NCBI RefSeq assembly: GCF_035084215.1
Contig: NC_090369.1
Span: forward strand, 372,001-436,000
Origin: Heptranchias perlo
Lineage: Eukaryota
Length of the DNA: 64,000 nt
Direction: 5' to 3'
A program made the translations under genes and the position numbers. Of the stretch, positions 48,990-63,900 are shown piece after piece. Position 1 is the first letter of the stretch; each line of letters opens with the position of its first letter. The notes beneath the pieces were generated by a model. The model made no database searches and was not told the origin of the DNA. It saw only the letters and a list, made by a program, of their open reading frames with translations.

Positions 48990-51900
48990 CTCAGTGGGAC
49001 ACTGCAGAGGGAGCTTTACTCTGTATCTAACCCTGTATCTGCCCTGGGAGTGTTTGATGGGACAGTGTAGAGGGAGCTTTACTCTGTATCTAACCCTGTA
49101 CCTGCGCTGGGAGTGTTTGATGGGACAGTGCAGAGGGAGCTTTACTCTGTATCAAACCCTGTACCTGCGCTGGGAGTGTTTGATGGGACAGTGTAGAGGG
49201 AGCTTTACTCTGTATCTAACCTTGTACCTGAGCTGGGAGTGTTTGATGGGACAGTGTAGAGGGAGCTTTACTCTGTATCTAACCCTGTACCTGCCCTGGG
49301 AGTGTTTGATGGGACAGTGTAGAGGGAGCTTTACTCTGTATCTAACCCTGTACCTGCCCTGGGAGTGTTTGATGGGACAGTGTAGAGGGAGCTTTACTCT
49401 GTATCTAACCCTGTACCTGACCCTGGGAGTGTTTGATGGGACAGTGCAGAGGGAGCTTTACTCTGCATCGAACCCGTGCTGTACCTGCCCTGGGAGTGTT
49501 TGATGGGACAGTGTTGAGGGAGCTTTACTCTGTATCTAACCTGTGTTGTACCTGCCCTGGGAGTGTTTGACAGGACAGTGCAGAGGGAGCTTTACTCTGT
49601 CTCTAACCCTGTACCTGCCCTGCGAGTGTTTGATGGGACAGTGTTGAGGGAGCTTTACTCTGTATCTAACCCTGTACCTGCCCCGGGAGTGTTTGATGGG
49701 ACAGTGTAGAGGGAGCTTTACTCTGTATCCAACCCTGTACCTGCCCCGGGAGTGTTTGATGGGACAGTGTAGAGGGAGCTTTACTCTGTATCTAACCCTG
49801 TACCTGCCCTGGGAGTGTTTGATGGGACAGTGTGGAGGGAGCTCTACTCTGTCTGTAACCCTGTACCTGTCCTGGGAGTGTTTGATGGGACAGTGTGGAG
49901 GGAGCTTTACTCTGTATCTAACCCGTGCTGTACCTGCCCTGGGAGTGTTTGATGGGACAGTGTAGAGGGAGCTTTACTCTGTATCTAACCCGTGCTGTAC
50001 CTGCCCTGGGAGTGTTTGATGGGACAGTGTTAAGGGAGCTTTACTCTGTATCTAACCCTGTACCTGCCCTGGGAGTGTTTGACGGGACAGTGTAGAGGGA
50101 GCTTTACTCTGTATCTAACCCGTGCTGGACCTGCCCTGGGAGTGTTTGATGGGACAGTGTAGAGGGAGCTTTACTCAGTATCTAACCCTGTACCTGCCCT
50201 GGGAGTGTTTGACGGGACAGTGTAGAGGGAGCTTTACTCTGTATCTAACCCGTGCTGTACCTGCCCTGGGAGTGTTTGATGGGACAGTGCAGAGGGAGCT
50301 TTACTCTGTATTTAACCCTGTACCTGCCCTGGGAGTGTTTGACGGGACAGTGTAGAGGGAGCTTTACTCTGTATCTAACCCGTGCTGTACCTGCCCTGGG
50401 AGTGTTTGATGGGACAGTGCAGAGGGAGCTTTACTCTGTATCTAACCCTGTACCTGCCCTGGGAGTGTTTGACGGGACAGTGTAGAGGGAGCTTTACTCT
50501 GTATCTAACCCGTGCTGTACCTGCCCTGGGAGTGTTTGACGGGACAGTGTAGAGGGAGCTTTACTCTGTATCTAACCCGTGCTGTACCTGCCCTGGGAGT
50601 GTTTGATGGGACAGTGTAGAGGGAGCTTTACTCTGTATCTAACCCTGTACCTGCCCTGGGAGTGTTTGACGGGACAGTGTAGAGGGAGCTTTACTCTGTA
50701 TCTAACCCGTGCTGTACCTGCCCTGGGAGTGTTTGATGGGACAGTGTAGAGGGAGCTTTACTCTGTATCGAACCCGTGCTGTACCTGCCCTGGGAGTGTT
50801 TGATGGGACAGTGCAGAGGGAGCTTTACTCTGTATCTAACCCTGTACCTGCCCTGGGAGTGTTTGATGGGACAGTGTAGAGGGAGCTTTACTCTGTATCT
50901 AACCCTGTCCCTGCCCTGGGAGTGTTTGACAGGACAGTGCAGAGGGAGCTTTACTCTGTCTCTAACCCTGTACCTGCCCTGGGAGTGTTTGATGGGACAG
51001 TGTGGAGGGAGCTCTACTCTGTCTGTAACCCTGTACCTGCCCTGGGAGTGTTTGATGGGACAGTGTGGAGGGAGCTTTACTCTGTATCTAACCCGTGCTG
51101 TACCTGCCCTGGGAGTGTTTGATGGGACAGTGTAGAGGGAGCTTTACTCTGTATCTAACCCGTGCTGTACCTGCCCTGGGAGTGTTTGATGGGACAGTGC
51201 AGAGGGAGCTTTGCTCTGTATTTAACCCGTACTGTACCTGCCCCGGGAGTGTTTGATTGGCCAGTGTCGAGGGAGCTTTACTCTGTCTGTAACCCTGTAC
51301 CTGTCCTGGGAGTGTTTGATGGGACAGTGTAGAGGGAGCTTTACTCTGTCTGTAACCCTGTACCTGTCCTGGGAGTGTTTGATGGGACAGTGTGGAGGGA
51401 GCTTTACTCTGTATCTAACCCGTGCTGTACCTGCCCCGGGAGTGTTTGATGGGACAGTGTTGAGGGAGCTTTACTCTGTATCTAACCCGTGCTGTACCTG
51501 CCCCGGGAGTGTTTGATGGGACAGTGTAGAGGGAGCTTTACTCTGTATCTAACCCTGTACCTGCCCTGGGAGTGTTTGACGGACAGTGTAGAGGGAGCTT
51601 TACTCTGAATCTAACCCTGTACCTGCCCCGGGAGTGATTGATGGGACAGTGTAGAGGGAGCTTTACTCTGTATCTAACCCTGTACCTGCCCTGGGAGTGT
51701 TTGATGGGACAGTGTAGAGGGAGCTTTACTCTGTATCTAACCCTGTCCCTGCCCTGGGAGTGTTTGATGGGACAGTGTGGAGGGAGCTTTACTCTGTATC
51801 TAACCCTGTACCTGCCCTGGGAGTGTTTGATGGGACAGTGTAGAGGGAGCTTTACTCTGTATCTAACCCTGTACCTGCCCTCGGAGTGTTTGATGGGACA

Positions 51901-54900
51901 GTGTCGAGGGAGCTTCACTCTGTATCTAACCCTGTACCTGCCCTGGGGATGTTTGATGGGACAGTGTAGAGGGAGCTTTACTCTGTATCTAACCCTGTCC
52001 CTGCCCTGGGAGTGTTTGATGGGACAGTGTAGAGGGAGCTTTACTCTGTATCTCACCCTGTACCTGCCCTGGGAGTGTTTGATGGGACAGTGTAGAGGGA
52101 GCTTTACTCTGTATCTAACCCTGTACCTGCCCTGGGAGTGTTTGATGGGACAGTGTAGAGGGAGCTTTACTCTGTATCTAACCCTGTACCTGCCCTGGGA
52201 GTGTTTGATGGGACAGTGTAGAGGGAGCTTTACTCTGTATCTAATCCTGTACCTGCCCTGGGAGTGTTTGATGGGACAGTGTAGAGGGAGCTTTACTCTG
52301 TATCTAACCCTGTACCTGCCCTGGGAGTGTTTGATGGGACAGTGTAGAGGGAGCTTTACTCTGTATCTAACCCTGTACCTGCCCTGGGAGTGTTTGATGG
52401 GACAGTGTAGAGGGAGCTTTACTCTGTATCTAACCCTGTCCCTGCCCTGGGAGTGTTTGATGGGACAGTGTAGAGGGAGCTTTACTCTGTATCTAACCCT
52501 GTACCTGCCCTGGGAGTGTTTGATGGGACAGTGTAGAGGGAGCTTTACTCTGTATCTAACCCTGTACCTGCCCTGGGAGTGTTTGATGGGACAGTGTGGA
52601 GGGAGCTTTACTCTGTATCTAACCCTGTACCTGCCCTGGGAGTGTTTGATGGGACAGTGTAGAGGGAGCTTTACTCTGTATCTAACCCTGTACCTGCCCT
52701 GGGAGTGTTTGATGGGACAGTGTAGAGGGAGCTTTACTCTGTATCTAACCCTGTACCTGCCCTGGGAGTGTTTGACAGGACAGTGCAGAGGGAGCTTTAC
52801 TCTGTCTCTAACCCTGTACCTGCCCTGGGAGTGTTTGACAGGACAGTGCAGAGGGAGCTTTACTCTGTCTCTAACCCTGTACCTGCCCTGGGAGTGTTTG
52901 ATGGGACAGTGTGGAGGGAGCTCTACTCTGTCTGTAACCCTGTACCTGCCCTGGGAGTGTTTGATGGGACAGTGTGGAGGGAGCTTTACTCTGTATCTAA
53001 CCCGTGCTGTACCTGCCCTGGGAGTGTTTGATGGGACAGTGTAGAGGGAGCTTTACTCTGTATCTAACCCGTGCTGTACCTGCCCTGGGAGTGTTTGATG
53101 GGACAGTGCAGAGGGAGCTTTGCTCTGTATTTAACCCGTACTGTACCTGCCCCGGGAGTGTTTGATTGGCCAGTGTCGAGGGAGCTTTACTCTGTCTGTA
53201 ACCCTGTACCTGTCCTGGGAGTGTTTGATGGGACAGTGTAGAGGGAGCTTTACTCTGTCTGTAACCCTGTACCTGTCCTGGGAGTGTTTGATGGGACAGT
53301 GTGGAGGGAGCTTTACTCTGTATCTAACCCGTGCTGTACCTGCCCCGGGAGTGTTTGATGGGACAGTGTTGAGGGAGCTTTACTCTGTATCTAACCCGTG
53401 CTGTACCTGCCCCGGGAGTGTTTGATGGGACAGTGTAGAGGGAGCTTTACTCTGTATCTAACCCTGTACCTGCCCTGGGAGTGTTTGATGGGACAGTGTA
53501 GAGGGAGCTTTACTCTGTATCTAACCCTGTACCTGCCCCGGGAGTGTTTGATGGGACAGTGTAGAGGGAGCTTTACTCTGTATCTAACCCTGTACCTGCC
53601 CTGGGAGTGTTTGATGGGACAGTGCAGAGGGAGCTTTACTCTGTATCTAACCCTGTACCTGCCCTGGGAGTGTTTGACGGGACAGTGTAGAGGGAGCTTT
53701 ACTCTGTATCTAACCCGTGCTGTACCTGCCCTGGGAGTGTTTGATGGGACAGTGCAGAGGGAGCTTTACTCTGTATCTAACCCTGTACCTGCCCTGGGAG
53801 TGTTTGACGGGACAGTGTAGAGGGAGCTTTACTCTGTATCTAACCCTGTACCTGCCCTGGGAGTGTTTGACGGGACAGTGTAGAGGGAGCTTTACTCTGT
53901 ATCTAACCCGTGCTGTACCTGCCCTGGGAGTGTTTGATGGGACAGTGTAGAGGGAGCTTTACTCTGTATCGAACCCGTGCTGTACCTGCCCTGGGAGTGT
54001 TTGATGGGACAGTGCAGAGGGAGCTTTACTCTGTATCTAACCCTGTACCTGCCCTGGGAGTGTTTGATGGGACAGTGTAGAGGGAGCTTTACTCTGTATC
54101 TAACCCTGTCCCTGCCCTGGGAGTGTTTGACAGGACAGTGCAGAGGGAGCTTTACTCTGTCTCTAACCCTGTACCTGCCCTGGGAGTGTTTGATGGGACA
54201 GTGTGGAGGGAGCTCTACTCTGTATCTAACCCGTGCTGTACCTGCCCTGGGAGTGTTTGATGGGACAGTGTAGAGGGAGCTTTACTCTGTATCTAACCCG
54301 TGCTGTACCTGCCCTGGGAGTGTTTGATGGGACAGTGCAGAGGGAGCTTTGCTCTGTATTTAACCCGTACTGTACCTGCCCCGGGAGTGTTTGATTGGCC
54401 AGTGTCGAGGGAGCTTTACTCTGTCTGTAACCCTGTACCTGTCCTGGGAGTGTTTGATGGGACAGTGTAGAGGGAGCTTTACTCTGTCTGTAACCCTGTA
54501 CCTGTCCTGGGAGTGTTTGATGGGACAGTGTGGAGGGAGCTTTACTCTGTATCTAACCCGTGCTGTACCTGCCCCGGGAGTGTTTGATGGGACAGTGTTG
54601 AGGGAGCTTTACTCTGTATCTAACCCGTGCTGTACCTGCCCCGGGAGTGTTTGATGGGACAGTGTAGAGGGAGCTTTACTCTGTATCTAACCCTGTACCT
54701 GCCCTGGGAGTGTTTGACGGACAGTGTAGAGGGAGCTTTACTCTGAATCTAACCCTGTACCTGCCCCGGGAGTGATTGATGGGACAGTGTAGAGGGAGCT
54801 TTACTCTGTATCTAACCCTGTACCTGCCCTGGGAGTGTTTGATGGGACAGTGTAGAGGGAGCTTTACTCTGTATCTAACCCTGTCCCTGCCCTGGGAGTG

Positions 54901-57900
54901 TTTGATGGGACAGTGTGGAGGGAGCTTTACTCTGTATCTAACCCTGTACCTGCCCTGGGAGTGTTTGATGGGACAGTGTAGAGGGAGCTTTACTCTGTAT
55001 CTAACCCTGTACCTGCCCTCGGAGTGTTTGATGGGACAGTGTCGAGGGAGCTTCACTCTGTATCTAACCCTGTACCTGCCCTGGGGATGTTTGATGGGAC
55101 AGTGTAGAGGGAGCTTTACTCTGTATCTAACCCTGTCCCTGCCCTGGGAGTGTTTGATGGGACAGTGTAGAGGGAGCTTTACTCTGTATCTCACCCTGTA
55201 CCTGCCCTGGGAGTGTTTGATGGGACAGTGTAGAGGGAGCTTTACTCTGTATCTAACCCTGTACCTGCCCTGGGAGTGTTTGATGGGACAGTGTAGAGGG
55301 AGCTTTACTCTGTATCTAACCCTGTACCTGCCCTGGGAGTGTTTGATGGGACAGTGTAGAGGGAGCTTTACTCTGTATCTAATCCTGTACCTGCCCTGGG
55401 AGTGTTTGATGGGACAGTGTAGAGGGAGCTTTACTCTGTATCTAACCCTGTACCTGCCCTGGGAGTGTTTGATGGGACAGTGTAGAGGGAGCTTTACTCT
55501 GTATCTAACCCTGTACCTGCCCTGGGAGTGTTTGATGGGACAGTGTAGAGGGAGCTTTACTCTGTATCTAACCCTGTCCCTGCCCTGGGAGTGTTTGATG
55601 GGACAGTGTAGAGGGAGCTTTACTCTGTATCTAACCCTGTACCTGCCCTGGGAGTGTTTGATGGGACAGTGTAGAGGGAGCTTTACTCTGTATCTAACCC
55701 TGTACCTGCCCTGGGAGTGTTTGATGGGACAGTGTGGAGGGAGCTTTACTCTGTATCTAACCCTGTCCCTGCCCTGGGAGTGTTTGATGGGACAGTGTGG
55801 AGGGAGCTTTACTCTGTATCTAACCCTGTACCTGCCCCTGGGAGTGTTTGATGGGACAGTGTAGAGGGAGCTTTACTCTGTATCTAACCCTGTACCTGCC
55901 CTGGGAGTGTTTGATGGGACAGTGTAGAGGGAGCTTTACTCTGTATCTAACCCTGTACCTGCCCTGGGAGTGTTTGATGGGACAGTGTAGAGGGAGCTTT
56001 ACTCTGTATCTAACCCTGTACCTGCCCTGGGAGTGTTTGATGGGACAGTGTAGAGGGAGCTTTACTCTGTATCTAACCCTGTACCTGCCCTGGGAGTGTT
56101 TGACAGGACAGTGCAGAGGGAGCTTTACTCTGTCTCTAACCCTGTACCTGCCCTGGGAGTGTTTGACAGGACAGTGCAGAGGGAGCTTTACTCTGTCTCT
56201 AACCCTGTACCTGCCCTGGGAGTGTTTGATGGGACAGTGTGGAGGGAGCTCTACTCTGTCTGTAACCCTGTACCTGCCCTGGGAGTGTTTGATGGGACAG
56301 TGTGGAGGGAGCTTTACTCTGTATCTAACCCGTGCTGTACCTGCCCTGGGAGTGTTTGATGGGACAGTGTAGAGGGAGCTTTACTCTGTATCTAACCCGT
56401 GCTGTACCTGCCCTGGGAGTGTTTGATGGGACAGTGCAGAGGGAGCTTTGCTCTGTATTTAACCCGTACTGTACCTGCCCCGGGAGTGTTTGATTGGCCA
56501 GTGTCGAGGGAGCTTTACTCTGTCTGTAACCCTGTACCTGTCCTGGGAGTGTTTGATGGGACAGTGTAGAGGGAGCTTTACTCTGTCTGTAACCCTGTAC
56601 CTGTCCTGGGAGTGTTTGATGGGACAGTGTGGAGGGAGCTTTACTCTGTATCTAACCCGTGCTGTACCTGCCCCGGGAGTGTTTGATGGGACAGTGTTGA
56701 GGGAGCTTTACTCTGTATCTAACCCGTGCTGTACCTGCCCCGGGAGTGTTTGATGGGACAGTGTAGAGGGAGCTTTACTCTGTATCTAACCCTGTACCTG
56801 CCCTGGGAGTGTTTGATGGGACAGTGTAGAGGGAGCTTTACTCTGTATCTAACCCTGTACCTGCCCCGGGAGTGTTTGATGGGACAGTGTAGAGGGAGCT
56901 TTACTCTGTATCTAACCCTGTACCTGCCCTGGGAGTGTTTGATGGGACAGTGCAGAGGGAGCTTTACTCTGTATCTAACCCTGTACCTGCCCTGGGAGTG
57001 TTTGACGGGACAGTGTAGAGGGAGCTTTACTCTGTATCTAACCCGTGCTGTACCTGCCCTGGGAGTGTTTGATGGGACAGTGCAGAGGGAGCTTTACTCT
57101 GTATCTAACCCTGTACCTGCCCTGGGAGTGTTTGACGGGACAGTGTAGAGGGAGCTTTACTCTGTATCTAACCCTGTACCTGCCCTGGGAGTGTTTGACG
57201 GGACAGTGTAGAGGGAGCTTTACTCTGTATCTAACCCGTGCTGTACCTGCCCTGGGAGTGTTTGATGGGACAGTGTAGAGGGAGCTTTACTCTGTATCGA
57301 ACCCGTGCTGTACCTGCCCTGGGAGTGTTTGATGGGACAGTGCAGAGGGAGCTTTACTCTGTATCTAACCCTGTACCTGCCCTGGGAGTGTTTGATGGGA
57401 CAGTGTAGAGGGAGCTTTACTCTGTATCTAACCCTGTCCCTGCCCTGGGAGTGTTTGACAGGACAGTGCAGAGGGAGCTTTACTCTGTCTCTAACCCTGT
57501 ACCTGCCCTGGGAGTGTTTGATGGGACAGTGTGGAGGGAGCTCTACTCTGTCTGTAACCCTGTACCTGCCCTGGGAGTGTTTGATGGGACAGTGTGGAGG
57601 GAGCTTTACTCTGTATCTAACCCGTGCTGTACCTGCCCTGGGAGTGTTTGATGGGACAGTGTAGAGGGAGCTTTACTCTGTATCTAACCCGTGCTGTACC
57701 TGCCCTGGGAGTGTTTGATGGGACAGTGTAGAGGGAGCTTTACTCTGTATCTAACCCTGTACCTGCCCTGGGAGTGTTTGACAGGACAGTGCAGAGGGAG
57801 CTTTACTCTGTCTCTAACCCTGTACCTGCCCTGGGAGTGTTTGACAGGACAGTGCAGAGGGAGCTTTACTCTGTCTCTAACCCTGTACCTGCCCTGGGAG

Positions 57901-60900
57901 TGTTTGATGGGACAGTGTGGAGGGAGCTCTACTCTGTCTGTAACCCTGTACCTGCCCTGGGAGTGTTTGATGGGACAGTGTGGAGGGAGCTTTACTCTGT
58001 ATCTAACCCGTGCTGTACCTGCCCTGGGAGTGTTTGATGGGACAGTGTAGAGGGAGCTTTACTCTGTATCTAACCCGTGCTGTACCTGCCCTGGGAGTGT
58101 TTGATGGGACAGTGCAGAGGGAGCTTTGCTCTGTATTTAACCCGTACTGTACCTGCCCCGGGAGTGTTTGATTGGCCAGTGTCGAGGGAGCTTTACTCTG
58201 TCTGTAACCCAGTACCTGTCCTGGGAGTGTTTGATGGGACAGTGTAGAGGGAGCTTTACTCTGTCTGTAACCCTGTACCTGTCCTGGGAGTGTTTGATGG
58301 GACAGTGTGGAGGGAGCTTTACTCTGTATCTAACCCGTGCTGTACCTGCCCCGGGAGTGTTTGATGGGACAGTGTTGAGGGAGCTTTACTCTGTATCTAA
58401 CCCGTGCTGTACCTGCCCCGGGAGTGTTTGATGGGACAGTGTAGAGGGAGCTTTACTCTGTATCTAACCCTGTACCTGCCCTGGGAGTGTTTGACGGGAC
58501 AGTGTAGAGGGAGCTTTACTCTGTATCTAACCCTGTACCTGCCCCGGGAGTGTTTGATGGGACAGTGTAGAGGGAGCTTTACTCTGTATCTAACCCTGTA
58601 CCTGCCCTGGGAGTGTTTGATGGGACAGTGTAGAGGGAGCTTTACTCTGTATCTAACCCTGTCCCTGCCCTGGGAGTGTTTGATGGGACAGTGTGGAGGG
58701 AGCTTTACTCTGTATCTAACCCTGTACCTGCCCTGGGAGTGTTTGATGGGACAGTGTAGAGGGAGCTTTACTCTGTATCTAACCCTGTACCTGCCCTCGG
58801 AGTGTTTGATGGGACAGTGTCGAGGGAGCTTCACTCTGTATCTAACCCTGTACCTGCCCTGGGGATGTTTGATGGGACAGTGTAGAGGGAGCTTTACTCT
58901 GTATCTAACCCTGTCCCTGCCCTGGGAGTGTTTGATGGGACAGTGTAGAGGGAGCTTTACTCTGTATCTCACCCTGTACCTGCCCTGGGAGTGTTTGATG
59001 GGACAGTGTAGAGGGAGCTTTACTCTGTATCTAATCCTGTACCTGCCCTGGGAGTGTTTGATGGGACAGTGTAGAGGGAGCTTTACTCTGTATCTAACCC
59101 TGTACCTGCCCTGGGAGTGTTTGATGGGACAGTGTAGAGGGAGCTTTACTCTGTATCTAACCCTGTACCTGCCCTGGGAGTGTTTGATGGGACAGTGTAG
59201 AGGGAGCTTTACTCTGTATCTAACCCTGTCCCTGCCCTGGGAGTGTTTGATGGGACAGTGTAGAGGGAGCTTTACTCTGTATCTAACCCTGTACCTGCCC
59301 TGGGAGTGTTTGATGGGACAGTGTAGAGGGAGCTTTACTCTGTATCTAACCCTGTACCTGCCCTGGGAGTGTTTGATGGGACAGTGTGGAGGGAGCTTTA
59401 CTCTGTATCTAACCCTGTCCCTGCCCTGGGAGTGTTTGATGGGACAGTGTAGAGGGAGCTTTACTCTGTATCTAACCCTGTACCTGCCCCTGGGAGTGTT
59501 TGATGGGACAGTGTAGAGGGAGCTCTACTCTGTCTGTAACCCTGTACCTGCCCTGGGAGTGTTTGATGGGACAGTGTGGAGGGAGCTTTACTCTGTATCT
59601 AACCCGTGCTGTACCTGCCCTGGGAGTGTTTGATGGGACAGTGTAGAGGGAGCTTTACTCTGTATCGAACCCGTGCTGTACCTGCCCTGGGAGTGTTTGA
59701 TGGGACAGTGCAGAGGGAGCTTTACTCTGTATCTAACCCTGTACCTGCCCTGGGAGTGTTTGATGGGACAGTGTAGAGGGAGCTTTACTCTGTATCTAAC
59801 CCTGTCCCTGCCCTGGGAGTGTTTGACAGGACAGTGCAGAGGGAGCTTTACTCTGTCTCTAACCCTGTACCTGCCCTGGGAGTGTTTGATGGGACAGTGT
59901 GGAGGGAGCTCTACTCTGTCTGTAACCCTGTACCTGCCCTGGGAGTGTTTGATGGGACAGTGTGGAGGGAGCTTTACTCTGTATCTAACCCGTGCTGTAC
60001 CTGCCCTGGGAGTGTTTGATGGGACAGTGTAGAGGGAGCTTTACTCTGTATCTAACCCGTGCTGTACCTGCCCTGGGAGTGTTTGATGGGACAGTGTAGA
60101 GGGAGCTTTACTCTGTATCTAACCCTGTACCTGCCCTGGGAGTGTTTGACAGGACAGTGCAGAGGGAGCTTTACTCTGTCTCTAACCCTGTACCTGCCCT
60201 GGGAGTGTTTGACAGGACAGTGCAGAGGGAGCTTTACTCTGTCTCTAACCCTGTACCTGCCCTGGGAGTGTTTGATGGGACAGTGTGGAGGGAGCTCTAC
60301 TCTGTCTGTAACCCTGTACCTGCCCTGGGAGTGTTTGATGGGACAGTGTGGAGGGAGCTTTACTCTGTATCTAACCCGTGCTGTACCTGCCCTGGGAGTG
60401 TTTGATGGGACAGTGTAGAGGGAGCTTTACTCTGTATCTAACCCGTGCTGTACCTGCCCTGGGAGTGTTTGATGGGACAGTGCAGAGGGAGCTTTGCTCT
60501 GTATTTAACCCGTACTGTACCTGCCCCGGGAGTGTTTGATTGGCCAGTGTCGAGGGAGCTTTACTCTGTCTGTAACCCAGTACCTGTCCTGGGAGTGTTT
60601 GATGGGACAGTGTAGAGGGAGCTTTACTCTGTCTGTAACCCTGTACCTGTCCTGGGAGTGTTTGATGGGACAGTGTAGAGGGAGCTTTACTCTGTATCTA
60701 ACCCGTGCTGTACCTGCCCTGGGAGTGTTTGATGGGACAGTGCAGAGGGAGCTTTGCTCTGTATTTAACCCGTACTGTACCTGCCCCGGGAGTGTTTGAT
60801 TGGCCAGTGTCGAGGGAGCTTTACTCTGTCTGTAACCCAGTACCTGTCCTGGGAGTGTTTGATGGGACAGTGTAGAGGGAGCTTTACTCTGTCTGTAACC

Positions 60901-63900
60901 CTGTACCTGTCCTGGGAGTGTTTGATGGGACAGTGTGGAGGGAGCTTTACTCTGTATCTAACCCGTGCTGTACCTGCCCCGGGAGTGTTTGATGGGACAG
61001 TGTTGAGGGAGCTTTACTCTGTATCTAACCCGTGCTGTACCTGCCCCGGGAGTGTTTGATGGGACAGTGTAGAGGGAGCTTTACTCTGTATCTAACCCTG
61101 TACCTGCCCTGGGAGTGTTTGACGGGACAGTGTAGAGGGAGCTTTACTCTGTATCTAACCCTGTACCTGCCCCGGGAGTGTTTGATGGGACAGTGTAGAG
61201 GGAGCTTTACTCTGTATCTAACCCTGTACCTGCCCTGGGAGTGTTTGATGGGACAGTGTAGAGGGAGCTTTACTCTGTATCTAACCCTGTCCCTGCCCTG
61301 GGAGTGTTTGATGGGACAGTGTGGAGGGAGCTTTACTCTGTATCTAACCCTGTACCTGCCCTGGGAGTGTTTGATGGGACAGTGTAGAGGGAGCTTTACT
61401 CTGTATCTAACCCTGTACCTGCCCTCGGAGTGTTTGATGGGACAGTGTCGAGGGAGCTTCACTCTGTATCTAACCCTGTACCTGCCCTGGGGATGTTTGA
61501 TGGGACAGTGTAGAGGGAGCTTTACTCTGTATCTAACCCTGTCCCTGCCCTGGGAGTGTTTGATGGGACAGTGTAGAGGGAGCTTTACTCTGTATCTCAC
61601 CCTGTACCTGCCCTGGGAGTGTTTGATGGGACAGTGTAGAGGGAGCTTTACTCTGTATCTAACCCTGTACCTGCCCTGGGAGTGTTTGATGGGACAGTGT
61701 AGAGGGAGCTTTACTCTGTATCTAACCCTGTACCTGCCCTGGGAGTGTTTGATGGGACAGTGTAGAGGGAGCTTTACTCTGTATCTAATCCTGTACCTGC
61801 CCTGGGAGTGTTTGATGGGACAGTGTAGAGGGAGCTTTACTCTGTATCTAACCCTGTACCTGCCCTGGGAGTGTTTGATGGGACAGTGTAGAGGGAGCTT
61901 TACTCTGTATCTAACCCTGTACCTGCCCTGGGAGTGTTTGATGGGACAGTGTAGAGGGAGCTTTACTCTGTATCTAACCCTGTCCCTGCCCTGGGAGTGT
62001 TTGATGGGACAGTGTAGAGGGAGCTTTACTCTGTATCTAACCCTGTACCTGCCCTGGGAGTGTTTGATGGGACAGTGTAGAGGGAGCTTTACTCTGTATC
62101 TAACCCTGTACCTGCCCTGGGAGTGTTTGATGGGACAGTGTGGAGGGAGCTTTACTCTGTATCTAACCCTGTCCCTGCCCTGGGAGTGTTTGATGGGACA
62201 GTGTAGAGGGAGCTTTACTCTGTATCTAACCCTGTACCTGCCCCTGGGAGTGTTTGATGGGACAGTGTAGAGGGAGCTTTACTCTGTATCTAACCCTGTA
62301 CCTGCCCTGGGAGTGTTTGATGGGACAGTGTAGAGGGAGCTTTACTCTGTATCTAACCCTGTACCTGCCCTGGGAGTGTTTGACAGGACAGTGCAGAGGG
62401 AGCTTTACTCTGTCTCTAACCCTGTACCTGCCCTGGGAGTGTTTGACAGGACAGTGCAGAGGGAGCTTTACTCTGTCTCTAACCCTGTACCTGCCCTGGG
62501 AGTGTTTGATGGGACAGTGTGGAGGGAGCTCTACTCTGTCTGTAACCCTGTACCTGCCCTGGGAGTGTTTGATGGGACAGTGTGGAGGGAGCTTTACTCT
62601 GTATCTAACCCGTGCTGTACCTGCCCTGGGAGTGTTTGATGGGACAGTGTAGAGGGAGCTTTACTCTGTATCTAACCCGTGCTGTACCTGCCCTGGGAGT
62701 GTTTGATGGGACAGTGCAGAGGGAGCTTTGCTCTGTATTTAACCCGTACTGTACCTGCCCCGGGAGTGTTTGATTGGCCAGTGTCGAGGGAGCTTTACTC
62801 TGTCTGTAACCCTGTACCTGTCCTGGGAGTGTTTGATGGGACAGTGTAGAGGGAGCTTTACTCTGTCTGTAACCCTGTACCTGTCCTGGGAGTGTTTGAT
62901 GGGACAGTGTGGAGGGAGCTTTACTCTGTATCTAACCCGTGCTGTACCTGCCCCGGGAGTGTTTGATGGGACAGTGTTGAGGGAGCTTTACTCTGTATCT
63001 AACCCGTGCTGTACCTGCCCCGGGAGTGTTTGATGGGACAGTGTAGAGGGAGCTTTACTCTGTATCTAACCCTGTACCTGCCCTGGGAGTGTTTGACGGG
63101 ACAGTGTAGAGGGAGCTTTACTCTGTATCTAACCCTGTACCTGCCCCGGGAGTGTTTGATGGGACAGTGTAGAGGGAGCTTTACTCTGTATCTAACCCTG
63201 TACCTGCCCTGGGAGTGTTTGATGGGACAGTGTAGAGGGAGCTTTACTCTGTATCTAACCCTGACCTGCCCTGGGAGTGTTTGATGGGACAGTGTCGAGG
63301 GAGCTTCACTCTGTATCTAACCCTGTACCTGCCCTGGGGATGTTTGATGGGACAGTGTGGAGGGAGCTTTACTCTGTATCTAACCCTGTCCCTGCCCTGG
63401 GAGTGTTTGATGGGACAGTGTAGAGGGAGCTTTACTCTGTATCTCACCCTGTACCTGCCCTGGGAGTGTTTGATGGGACAGTGTAGAGGGAGCTTTACTC
63501 TGTATCTAACCCTGTACCTGCCCTGGGAGTGTTTGATGGGACAGTGTAGAGGGAGCTTTACTCTGTATCTAACCCTGTACCTGCCCTGGGAGTGTTTGAT
63601 GGGACAGTGTAGAGGGAGCTTTACTCTGTATCTAATCCTGTACCTGCCCTGGGAGTGTTTGATGGGACAGTGTAGAGGGAGCTTTACTCTGTATCTAACC
63701 CTGTACCTGCCCTGGGAGTGTTTGATGGGACAGTGTAGAGGGAGCTTTACTCTGTATCTAACCCTGTACCTGCCCTGGGAGTGTTTGATGGGACAGTGTA
63801 GAGGGAGCTTTACTCTGTATCTAACCCTGTCCCTGCCCTGGGAGTGTTTGATGGGACAGTGTAGAGGGAGCTTTACTCTGTATCTAACCCTGTACCTGCC

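Noticed and set aside
48994-63447. Repeated Cys-containing ORFs (MGQCRGSFTLYLTLYLPWECL) resembling zinc-finger or repeat proteins
   Set aside because: Translation of the 63-bp satellite; the frame is broken by 68-bp units, and the same repeat sits inside introns
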